Shown here: positions 31,277 through 39,456 of the stretch, in pieces
Position numbering within the stretch: position 1 is the first letter of the stretch
Layout of the letters: every line of letters begins with the position of its first letter
NCBI GenBank assembly: GCA_963666005.1
Contig: OY762509.1
Location: 1,251,880 to 1,315,879 of the forward strand
Reading direction: 5' to 3'
Length of the DNA: 64,000 bases
Source of the DNA: Vallitaleaceae bacterium
Lineage (GTDB): Bacteria > Bacillota > Clostridia > Lachnospirales > Vallitaleaceae
Notes under the pieces: model-generated
Told to the model about the DNA's origin: nothing
The model's database searches: none
Seen by the model: the letters and a program-made list of their open reading frames with translations, nothing else
Made by a program: the position numbers and the translations under genes

Positions 31277-32725
31277 CTATTTGGTCTCTTCAGCTTTTGG
31301 TGTTTCAACGACTTCATTGCCTTGCGTGCCAGGCAATGAGGCGGGTGTGGCTGCGTTACTCTTTGTGCCAAGATAATCCGGTAAATCCATACCGGCCATA
31401 TTGAACATTTCCTGCATTGGTGGGATGGAACCCATCAAGCCGGAAAGGAAGCCTGCAGTAGAAGTTTTGCCATCTTTGCTATTGCCTTGGCCGCTGTCCC
31501 AGACAGTGACCTTATCAATCTTGATATTCTTAATGGCATCCACTTGAGTCTTAACCAGTTCTTCCATCTTATCAGCGATAATCAGTTTGATAGCATCGTT
31601 GGCTTGTCCGCCTGCTGCATCAACCAGTTTCTCAAAACCGGCTGCTTGCTTGGCGAGAATCTCTTCAATACCACGAGCCTGGGCTTCCATCCTAGCGAAG
31701 GTCGCGTCGGCTTCACCTTTGGCTTTACGACGAATTTGTTCAGCTTCTGCTTCAGCAGAAATCTCTATACGGCGCTTGTCTATTTGAGCCTGAACGATGA
31801 TATCGGCTTCCTTGGAAGCAGTCTCTCTAGAGGCACGTGCTTGCTCAGCTATTTGCTCTGCAGAGTAAGCTTCTTCCAGTGCCTTTGCTGATTGAACCTT
31901 TTCTGCCGCAGTCGCCTTACGAAGGGCTTCGGCTTCTCTCTCTCGTCTAAGAGCCTCAGAGTTGGCAACTGTAACTTTGGCCTCATTCTCACCCTGGATA
32001 GCAAGGGCGTTGGATTCAGCAACTTTAACACGTTCGTCTTGTTGCGCGATTGCTTGACCGATAGAACCGTCACGGTTCTTCTCTGCAACTGATTTCTTGG
32101 CATCATTGATTGCTTTGGCGGCGGCTTCTTTACCAAGGGCTTCTATGTAGCCAGATTCATCTTTGATGTCGGTTACGTTAACGTTGATCAGGCGAAGACC
32201 GATCTTCTTAAGTTCCGATTCAACGTTGTTGGAAACAGCCATGAGAAATTTGTCACGGTCTGTGTTGATCTCTTCAATATCCATGGTGGCAACGACCAGA
32301 CGAAGTTGACCGAAGATGATGTCTTTAGCCAATTCTTCCACTTCCTGAAGCTTAAGGCCAAGCAGACGTTCGGCAGCATTTTGCATAACGCCAGCCTCTG
32401 TTGAGACACCAACGGTGAACCTGGAAGGCACATCGATACGGATGTTCTGCTTGGACAGTGCATTGGTCAGGTTAACATTGATGGAGATTGGGGTCAAACT
32501 AAGGAATTCATAATGCTGGATGATGGGCCAGATAAAAGCGGCGCCACCATGAATACACTTAGCACTCCTGGTTGTCCCTGTGCTGCCTTTACCGACGCGA
32601 CCGTAGATAACAAGGATGCGGTCCGAAGGACAGCGCTTGTATCTTGACAACAAAGCCATCAATGTCATGAAAACAAGAACGACCAGAACAACAAGGCCAA
32701 TCAAGAAATTCAAATTACCTATCAT
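31277..32725 (-). CDS. floT: flotillin (SPFH/band-7 domain with long Ala/Glu/Lys-rich coiled coil), FloT/YuaG-like
   Basis: An N-terminal TM is followed by an SPFH domain and EA-repeat coiled coils (EREAEALRKATAAEKVQSAKALEEAYSAEQIAEQ...). It lies downstream of an NfeD-like gene, as in the B. subtilis yuaF-floT operon. Confidence 0.8.
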   Translation of the reverse strand: MIGNLNFLIGLVVLVVLVFMTLMALLSRYKRCPSDRILVIYGRVGKGSTGTTRSAKCIHGGAAFIWPIIQHYEFLSLTPISINVNLTNALSKQNIRIDVPSRFTVGVSTEAGVMQNAAERLLGLKLQEVEELAKDIIFGQLRLVVATMDIEEINTDRDKFLMAVSNNVESELKKIGLRLINVNVTDIKDESGYIEALGKEAAAKAINDAKKSVAEKNRDGSIGQAIAQQDERVKVAESNALAIQGENEAKVTVANSEALRREREAEALRKATAAEKVQSAKALEEAYSAEQIAEQARASRETASKEADIIVQAQIDKRRIEISAEAEAEQIRRKAKGEADATFARMEAQARGIEEILAKQAAGFEKLVDAAGGQANDAIKLIIADKMEELVKTQVDAIKNIKIDKVTVWDSGQGNSKDGKTSTAGFLSGLMGSIPPMQEMFNMAGMDLPDYLGTKSNAATPASLPGTQGNEVVETPKAEETK

Positions 32726-32772
32726 ACTTTTCTCCTCTTCCTGTAATGTGAGAACGTAACATTCTCTATGAT

Positions 32773-33441
32773 TTATTCCAAACGCTCAACCACCAGGGTT
32801 GTCGCATTCAGCATGTCTACAACGCGTACCATTTCATTGGTGCCGATCATCTTTGCGTCCTCAGTAACGGCGCTGACCTCAATCAGACTTTCCTGAAGCA
32901 ACATCTGTACTTTCCCTAGACCTGATTTGGAGGGCGGGATTGGAATATAGACTTGTGCTTCTTTGCCAATGGCATTGCGATAATTCAGATTACCACTTTG
33001 TTGTAATCTGGAGATGGTGTAGAACAGTATAGCGATGATGAACATACCACCAAGACCGGCTATGATGGCCAGCAGCATGACGATTACCAGATGAAGGTCT
33101 GTCTCTGCCAAGGCAGCACCAATCCATCCGAACATGGTGCAAAAGGCGATGATGCCTCTAAAGGTAACAAAACGAAAGTCAGCACCACCGGCAAGATTGT
33201 CAAAATCCATCATGGTATCGCTTTCAATATCCATATCAAAGTCACTGACAGGTTCAAAATCCATATCGACATCCATATCCATGTCCATATCACCGTCACC
33301 AAAATCCATACCATCACCGCCACCTATGCCAAAGCCTATTAAGGTCATAAGGGACTGGAGCAACAGTATGATTGTTGAAGGAACAGCGAAAAGATAGAAA
33401 AACTTGGTCAGAGGACTGAGGGTGCTCCACCAATCAGTCAT
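32773..33441 (-). CDS. NfeD-like membrane protein (YuaF-like) with internal Asp/Met-rich low-complexity acidic segment
   Basis: TM helices are followed by a C-terminal OB-fold-like segment (GKVQMLLQESLIEVSAVTEDAKMIGTNEMVRVVDMLNATTLVVERL). An unusual DGMDFGDGDMDMDMDVDMDFEPVSDFDMDIESDTMMDFD tract is present. The gene is upstream of floT. Confidence 0.7.
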   Translation of the reverse strand: MTDWWSTLSPLTKFFYLFAVPSTIILLLQSLMTLIGFGIGGGDGMDFGDGDMDMDMDVDMDFEPVSDFDMDIESDTMMDFDNLAGGADFRFVTFRGIIAFCTMFGWIGAALAETDLHLVIVMLLAIIAGLGGMFIIAILFYTISRLQQSGNLNYRNAIGKEAQVYIPIPPSKSGLGKVQMLLQESLIEVSAVTEDAKMIGTNEMVRVVDMLNATTLVVERLE

Positions 33442-33656
33442 AGCATCAACCTCCTAAGTAAATATCATTTACCATAATTGTAGCCTTTGGTCATCTCATT
33501 GTCAAGAATCCCATTATTAAAAGAAGATTAGAAGGTGACATCATCCATTGACGGGGTGGTATAGGATATGTTAGGTTGAGGAAGTAGCAGTTGCATGAAA
33601 GGTCAATGAGTGGTACACTTTTGGTAAATATAATTTACACATATAGGAGGTGACCT

Positions 33657-34562
33657 ATGGGTGATATGACTTTAGGGCAGAAAATTAGAAGCCTGAGATT
33701 AGCAAAACAGTTGACCCAGAAAGAATTGGCAGGGGACTGTATCACTAGAAATATGCTTAGTCAGATTGAGAATGGGAGCGCGATGCCATCGATGAAGACA
33801 ATGGAATACCTGGCGGATAAGCTTCAGAAGCCTATTGGTTACTTTGTTGATGGCACCAATGAGACGATGGACATTACACATCTGTTGACCCGTCTGGTAG
33901 AGATGGACGGCGCTACGGATTATGAAGGGGCTTGTAAGCTTTTGGAAGCATCATTGACCGATCAGCCTGAGTGGACCGGTTACCCGATGATTGTTGAGTC
34001 TTTTTTAACCTTTCATATGAAGGCTGCCAGCGAACAGATGGCTATTGAAGGCTATGAGAAAGCTGAGGCGTTACTTGAGGCGATACTACCTTATGAGAAG
34101 TATCTGAGCCAAGGAAGTCAGATTCAGATGTGTCGCGTGTATGAGACGCTGGCAGAGGCTAAAGCGAAGCTGGGCGATTTTGATGGGGCTAAGGCCTATT
34201 ATGAAAAAAGCCGTCTGATGGTATGTGGTCTTAATGCATCGAATGAGGTTCAAGCCCTCTACATTCGAATGATGGAAGGGGATGATGACTCATTAGGTAC
34301 GCTGATTGACCAATTGGATACCCGTTATTTTGATGAGAACAATCTGGCAAGGTTTCAAATGATTGCTGGAACGACCATGATGCGAAATGGTGATATGGAC
34401 AAGGCCATTCATTATTTGAAAGAGGCGATGGTCTATTATGAGCAACAACGGGAGAGTCTTGCTCTATACGCTATATATGAACAGTTGAGTCAGTGTTATT
34501 CTCAGAAAGATGACTACAAGATGGCTTACGATTACCTTCAAAAGGCCCAGGACAAGAGATGA
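33657..34562 (+). CDS. XRE-family HTH + TPR-repeat transcriptional regulator (RNPP/Rgg-PlcR-like architecture)
   Basis: The N-terminus is a Cro/C1-type HTH (LGQKIRSLRLAKQLTQKELAGDCITRNMLSQIENG). The C-terminal approximately 230 aa are helical TPR-like repeats. An AGGAGG ribosome-binding site is present. Confidence 0.7.
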   Translation: MGDMTLGQKIRSLRLAKQLTQKELAGDCITRNMLSQIENGSAMPSMKTMEYLADKLQKPIGYFVDGTNETMDITHLLTRLVEMDGATDYEGACKLLEASLTDQPEWTGYPMIVESFLTFHMKAASEQMAIEGYEKAEALLEAILPYEKYLSQGSQIQMCRVYETLAEAKAKLGDFDGAKAYYEKSRLMVCGLNASNEVQALYIRMMEGDDDSLGTLIDQLDTRYFDENNLARFQMIAGTTMMRNGDMDKAIHYLKEAMVYYEQQRESLALYAIYEQLSQCYSQKDDYKMAYDYLQKAQDKR

Positions 34563-34627
34563 AGCGCCAATAGCCAGGCGTCGTCCTGTATGCTATAATA
34601 ATTCTGGGGGAAGTCACGGAGAAGACG

Positions 34628-35209
34628 ATGGGATATAACACGATCGATGTCAACGTTGCTTTGGAACAGCTCGGTGGTTCAGAAAAATTATATAAAACGG
34701 TGGTCAAGGGTTTCTATGAGCGCTACAGTGATGTGGATAGACATATAGAGACTTTATTGCTGGCAGTTGATTTAGAAGAAGCCAGACGCTTGGCCCATAG
34801 CATGAAGGGCCTCTGTGGTAATCTGGGGGCTTTTAAGTTGCGTCAAAGAGCGTTGGATCTGGAGCTTGCCATTAAGAACAATGAGCCTAATATTCAGGCA
34901 TATCTGCATTGCTTCTCTGAAGAACTTGCCTTAGTGGTTTCAGATGTGATTCATATTCTTGAAGACAGATTTGATATGACCCTGACGACAACAGAGGATG
35001 AATGTCACTGTGGTAAGGCCTGTCAGGCTTTGGTCCATGCCCTTAAGACATATCGCTACTCAGATATTACAGAAGCCGTCGCTCAGATCAAACTTGAGAC
35101 ATCGGATAAGAACGTGCTAAGTGCCGCATTGGTCAAAGCATTTGAGTTGATTGGCAGATTTGACTATGACGAAGCCTTAAAAACTTTAGAGAAAGAATGC
35201 ATATTATGA
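34628..35209 (+). CDS. HPt (histidine phosphotransfer) domain protein
   Basis: LAHSMKGLCGNLGAFKL matches the HPt HxxKGxxxxxGA motif. The protein is 193 aa. Its stop overlaps the start of the next gene. Confidence 0.6.
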   Translation: MGYNTIDVNVALEQLGGSEKLYKTVVKGFYERYSDVDRHIETLLLAVDLEEARRLAHSMKGLCGNLGAFKLRQRALDLELAIKNNEPNIQAYLHCFSEELALVVSDVIHILEDRFDMTLTTTEDECHCGKACQALVHALKTYRYSDITEAVAQIKLETSDKNVLSAALVKAFELIGRFDYDEALKTLEKECIL

Positions 35210-35916
35210 GAACATACATTGTACTGGATATAGAGACGACGGGTATCAGTCCGGAAATTGAAGCGATTACGGAGATTGGTGCGGCTAAGATTGTTAATGG
35301 TAATATCGCAGAGACCTTCAGCAGCCTAGTGAACCCGAACCGTCCGATACCGGCGAAGATTACTGCATTGACAGGCATTACGGATGAGATGGTGGCAGAA
35401 GCACTGCCCATCGAGGATGTAATGCCTTCTTTTATCGAATTCTGTGAGGCGCTGCCTATTCTTGGCCATAACGTTAATTTTGATTATTCTTTTTTGAAGA
35501 CAGCAGCTTCGAGGCTTGGCCTGAACTTTGAAAAAACAGGACTTGATACATTGGTCCTTTCCAGGCAATTCCTTGAGAAGCAGAAGAGTTATAGCTTAAC
35601 AAACCTGATTGAAGTGTTTGGGTTATCAAGAGAGAACGCTCATAGAGGTCTCGATGACGCTCTGGCAACTTGGCAGATCTATGAGAATATCTATGCCAAT
35701 CATTACAAGGAAGAAACTTCTAAGGTATTCGTACCTAAGCCTTTCTTTTACAAGCCGAAAAAGCAGTCTCCGATTACTGATAAACAAAAGCGTTTTCTGT
35801 CCGATCTATTGCATCGCTACAAGGTGGAGCCGGATTATGTGATTGAGGACTTGTCCAAGAGCGAAGCCAGTAGAAAAATCGACCAAATCCTTCATACATA
35901 TGGGCGACGGGAATGA
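35206..35916 (+). CDS. DEDDh 3'-5' exonuclease (DnaQ/PolIII-epsilon-like) with about 65-aa C-terminal extension
   Basis: The Exo I motif is YIVLDIETTG. HNVNFDYSFL and HRGLDDALAT (the Exo III His-Asp) are also present. The start is uncertain: 35197 or 35206. Confidence 0.75.
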   Translation: MRTYIVLDIETTGISPEIEAITEIGAAKIVNGNIAETFSSLVNPNRPIPAKITALTGITDEMVAEALPIEDVMPSFIEFCEALPILGHNVNFDYSFLKTAASRLGLNFEKTGLDTLVLSRQFLEKQKSYSLTNLIEVFGLSRENAHRGLDDALATWQIYENIYANHYKEETSKVFVPKPFFYKPKKQSPITDKQKRFLSDLLHRYKVEPDYVIEDLSKSEASRKIDQILHTYGRRE

Positions 35917-35928
35917 AACGCATAGTAT

Positions 35929-35965
35929 AAAAAAATCCTTCACATTTTAGGTGAAGGATTCGTAA
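35929..35965. terminator. bidirectional terminator (shared by the exonuclease gene and a convergent small gene)
   Basis: A perfect 10-bp stem aatccttcac/gtgaaggatt with a 7-nt loop has an A-run upstream and T-rich sequence downstream. Confidence 0.6.
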
Positions 35966-36037
35966 AAGTATATTTATGATAAGAGCGTCAAAAGCTGTTT
36001 CATAAACAACCTTATGAAACCTCAGTCCTCATGAATC

Positions 36038-36139
36038 TTATAAGTAAGCAGCAACGGCACTGAGTACCATAGCTAATACTAATACTGAGGCTATGCCAAC
36101 GCTTATACGCTTGACGAGTTTACGGTTGGTAAAGAACAT
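36038..36139 (-). CDS. small hydrophobic peptide, 33 aa (MFFTNRKLVKRISVGIASVLVLAMVLSAVAAYL); candidate small membrane protein or toxin-like peptide
   Basis: It is not in the ORF track (shorter than 60 aa). The ATG has a GGAG ribosome-binding site 7-10 nt upstream. A consensus-like promoter lies upstream and the bidirectional terminator lies downstream. The peptide has a basic N-terminus and a single TM helix. Confidence 0.5.
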   Translation of the reverse strand: MFFTNRKLVKRISVGIASVLVLAMVLSAVAAYL

Positions 36140-36221
36140 TTAATCATCTCCATTTCTATAGGACATACCATAATTCCTACTAGTATAACCTTTGGGTTAC
36201 TGAACTGAGCATATTAGGTAT

Positions 36222-36250
36222 ATTATATAGGAAAAGAACGTTAAATTCAA
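36222..36250 (-). promoter_or_regulatory. sigma-A-type promoter (TTGAAT-17-TATAAT on the minus strand) driving the 33-aa peptide gene
   Basis: The reverse complement reads ttgaat ttaacgttcttttccta tataat. The predicted TSS is about 75 nt upstream of the peptide ATG. Confidence 0.5.
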
Positions 36251-36320
36251 TGTTACATCATCGAAGCAAGATGGCTTCGTTATCACGTTACCACCGAATC
36301 GTAGAATACAGGAGTAGGAT

Positions 36321-36968
36321 ATGACATCATCCATGCCCATTTTGTTCATATGGCTTCTAATCGCCATCTTTGTCTTCAGGTACAAGATGAAAAAAAGCAG
36401 CAAGACAAGGGAAGAAGCAACAAGAGCGTTTTGGCAAAAAGAAGAAGCCTCTTTGGTCGTAAGAAAAAAAGCCCTTGATGAGGCGGATTATGTACATCCC
36501 AGCCTCTCGGAGGCAGACTTGAAACCACCATCCTATTATGATGAGACAGGTCTGTCACAGTTGAAACGCCAGGACAGTTATCTAAGAGAGTTAATACAGC
36601 AGCCGATGGTGAATTTCGCCCATGTAACCAATACAGACCTTAGACTGAAGTATGGTACGGCGATGCTTACATCCATTGAGCAATATGAAGAGACCTATAA
36701 TGCCTATGTAACAACCCTTTACAGAATGGCAGAAAAACTGCTGGAGGCAGGAGAAGGTAATTATGCCGCCAAGTTGCTTGAGGAAGGAATACAGCTTGGA
36801 ACGGATAATAGAAAACACTATTTGCTTCTGGCAAAGTACTATCTTTCGAATAATAGAATAGAAAAAATCGAAGGTCTGATAGACCAGGCACAAGCCCTTG
36901 AAAGTCTGACGAAAGAGGCACTGCTTAAGGCGCTGGAGGATATTAGATCACAAGCCTATAACAAGTAG
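36321..36968 (+). CDS. hypothetical membrane-anchored protein with helical (TPR-like) C-terminal region
   Basis: An AGGAG ribosome-binding site is present. The N-terminal TM is ILFIWLLIAIFVF, and the remainder is charged and helical. No homology is recognised. Confidence 0.45.
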   Translation: MTSSMPILFIWLLIAIFVFRYKMKKSSKTREEATRAFWQKEEASLVVRKKALDEADYVHPSLSEADLKPPSYYDETGLSQLKRQDSYLRELIQQPMVNFAHVTNTDLRLKYGTAMLTSIEQYEETYNAYVTTLYRMAEKLLEAGEGNYAAKLLEEGIQLGTDNRKHYLLLAKYYLSNNRIEKIEGLIDQAQALESLTKEALLKALEDIRSQAYNK

Positions 36969-37580
36969 GTAATGACAGAAGCTGCCCCCCATGACAAAAA
37001 TATGGAACAGCTCATGGAAGCCGAACCAACGATTGTTCTTCAGTGGCCATTTAAGGGCGTAGATAAGACCACCGATGGTATAGATGATGCCACCGGCTAA
37101 AAGCCATATAAAACTTTCATAGGAAAGTACAGCCATAATCGGTCTAAGTGCCAGGACGACCAACCAGCCCATTAGAATATAAAGTCCAGTACCAAGCCAC
37201 CTCGGAGCATTGATCCATAATGCTTTCATAATAATGCCAGTGATAGCAATCGCCCAGATAATAGCAAAAAGTCCATAGCCTACGACGCCTTTTAGTGCAA
37301 CCAGACAGATGGGGGTATAAGTGCCTGCAATAAGTACGAAGATCATCATATGGTCAATGCGTCGGCAGATCAGTCTCATACGCTCAGGTCTGTCGATGAT
37401 ATGGTATACAGTACTGGCGGTATACAATGCAACAAGGCTCAGACCGAAGACAGCAAAAGATAAGATATGAGGTAAGTCGCCGTTATCCAAAGATACCTGA
37501 ATGAGCCTAATGACTGCGGCCAAGGATAGGACTGCGCCAGCAAAATGGGTTAAAGCGCTGACGGGGTCTTTTATTTTCAT
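36948..37580 (-). CDS. hemolysin-III family channel protein (PAQR/YqfA-like)
   Basis: Seven TM helices are present, with N-terminal SALTHFAGAVLSLAAV and HxxxH-like motifs. Confidence 0.75.
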   Translation of the reverse strand: MKIKDPVSALTHFAGAVLSLAAVIRLIQVSLDNGDLPHILSFAVFGLSLVALYTASTVYHIIDRPERMRLICRRIDHMMIFVLIAGTYTPICLVALKGVVGYGLFAIIWAIAITGIIMKALWINAPRWLGTGLYILMGWLVVLALRPIMAVLSYESFIWLLAGGIIYTIGGLIYALKWPLKNNRWFGFHELFHIFVMGGSFCHYLLVIGL

Positions 37581-37706
37581 TATTAACACACTCCTTACGT
37601 ATGTAGTATTGGATACTACTTAGTATATATATTGACATGCTAACATGTAGTTGCTATATTTGCAACGAATAATCGCTTGCGATTTAGTTTGGAAAGGGTC
37701 CGAAAC

Positions 37707-38711
37707 ATGAACATATATGACATAGCAAAGATGGCCGGTGTTTCAATAGCAACAGTATCTCGGGTAATCAATGACCGTCCTGGGGTGAGTGCAAAGGCCA
37801 GAGCTAAGGTAGAGGCTGTCCTGGAAGAAACCAACTTCAGGCCCAATCAGATAGCCAAAAGTCTGACCAATCAAAAAACCAATGTGATTGGTTTGGTTAT
37901 GCCAGGGGTCAATAATTATTTCAGTGACCGTATTGACGGCATCAACAAGGTCTGCAAGCAGCGAGGCTATAGCCTGATGATTATGGCCAACCATAAAGAC
38001 AGCAATTCAGTCAAGGAAGATGTGGATAATTTTAATCTCCTCTTTGAAAAAAGAGTGGACGGTATTATCTATTTTCCTACTAATGTTATGCAGGAGCAAA
38101 TAGATGCCATTACGAGGATTAGGGAAAAGATTCCGGTTGTTGTAACCGACAAGGAAATACCGGATGTGAAGTTGCCTTGTGTCCTTCAGGATTTTGTGAA
38201 GCCGACGAATAAAGTGATGACTCATCTGATTGAAAGCGGTCACAAGCGCATTGCCTTTATACATGGACAGTCCTATGATGCCCCAAATGCCAAACGTCGT
38301 GAAGTCTATAGTAAAGCGTTGGCTATGGCAGGCATTACCTTTGACCCAGCATTGGTTGTAGAAGGGGATTATTCCGTAGAGTCAGGTTATTATGCAATGC
38401 AGTACATATTGGATGCCACATCCAAATGGCCAACGGCTGTTTTTGCAGGCAATGATCATATGGCAATCGGTGCCATTAGAGCCCTTAATGAGAAGGGTAT
38501 TGCTATACCTGACACTATAGCGGTTATTGGTTATGATGATATAGAATTTGCTAAATATGTAACACCAGCACTGACCACCATAAGAATTGATCAGCACCAT
38601 ATGGGAAAACTGGCAGCAACGATGGTCATCGACTTGATTGAGGGGCATCTTAATGATTACCATAAGATTGTGATGGACTATGAATTTATTTTAAGGGACA
38701 GTGCCAAATAG
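37707..38711 (+). CDS. LacI-family transcriptional regulator
   Basis: The HTH is MNIYDIAKMAGVSIATVSRVINDRPGVSAKARAKVEAVL, followed by a periplasmic-binding-fold domain. The start is trimmed to the ATG at 37707. Confidence 0.85.
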   Translation: MNIYDIAKMAGVSIATVSRVINDRPGVSAKARAKVEAVLEETNFRPNQIAKSLTNQKTNVIGLVMPGVNNYFSDRIDGINKVCKQRGYSLMIMANHKDSNSVKEDVDNFNLLFEKRVDGIIYFPTNVMQEQIDAITRIREKIPVVVTDKEIPDVKLPCVLQDFVKPTNKVMTHLIESGHKRIAFIHGQSYDAPNAKRREVYSKALAMAGITFDPALVVEGDYSVESGYYAMQYILDATSKWPTAVFAGNDHMAIGAIRALNEKGIAIPDTIAVIGYDDIEFAKYVTPALTTIRIDQHHMGKLAATMVIDLIEGHLNDYHKIVMDYEFILRDSAK

Positions 38712-38724
38712 AAAGGAGATACAC

Positions 38725-39216
38725 ATGAAAGATTGGATTTCTTGGGATGAATATTTTATGGGGATTGCGATCCTCTCAGCTTATAGGAGTAAAGACCCCA
38801 GTACAAAAGTTGGGGCCTGCATTGTTGATGGTGACAATAAGATTGTCGGCGTGGGCTATAATGGCTTTCCTACGGGATGCGATGACACGGCTTTACCTTG
38901 GGAAAGGGAAGGAGACTTCCTTGAAACCAAATACCCTTATGTATGTCATGCAGAATTGAATGCTATCCTAAACAGCAGTACGAACCTTAAAGGCTGTCGC
39001 CTCTATGTTGCTTTGTTTCCATGTAATGAATGCGCCAAAGCCATTATCCAGTCCGGCATAAAAGAAGTGATCTATCTGGATGATAAATACAAGGATACAG
39101 ACGGTGTCAGAGCGTCAAAGAAAATGTTTGACTTGGCCGGGGTTGCTTATACTCAGTTAACCATTGAACGTAACAGTCTGACAATCAACTATAGAGAGAA
39201 TTACAAAATGCAGTAA
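38725..39216 (+). CDS. dCMP deaminase (ComEB-like)
   Basis: CHAELNAI and PCNECAKAI zinc-binding motifs are present. An AAGGAG ribosome-binding site precedes the start. Confidence 0.85.
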   Translation: MKDWISWDEYFMGIAILSAYRSKDPSTKVGACIVDGDNKIVGVGYNGFPTGCDDTALPWEREGDFLETKYPYVCHAELNAILNSSTNLKGCRLYVALFPCNECAKAIIQSGIKEVIYLDDKYKDTDGVRASKKMFDLAGVAYTQLTIERNSLTINYRENYKMQ

Positions 39217-39456
39217 TGGCCTGATTAAGTCATCAAAAGGTTACGTATTTTGAATAGTGGGCAGATTAATTATGAAACGAGCTTTTGACGCTCTTATAAT
39301 GGGATACATCCATAGATTTTTAGAGGTTTTTATGAGATAATGAATCTCGTCTATAAGGGTTAAGGCAAGATGGTTTGACCGGCTAATATAGACAATGAGA
39401 GTATCTGGTGGCATATGGAATGCCGTGTTGCTGGATTGTATTAATGAGGAGGGACC

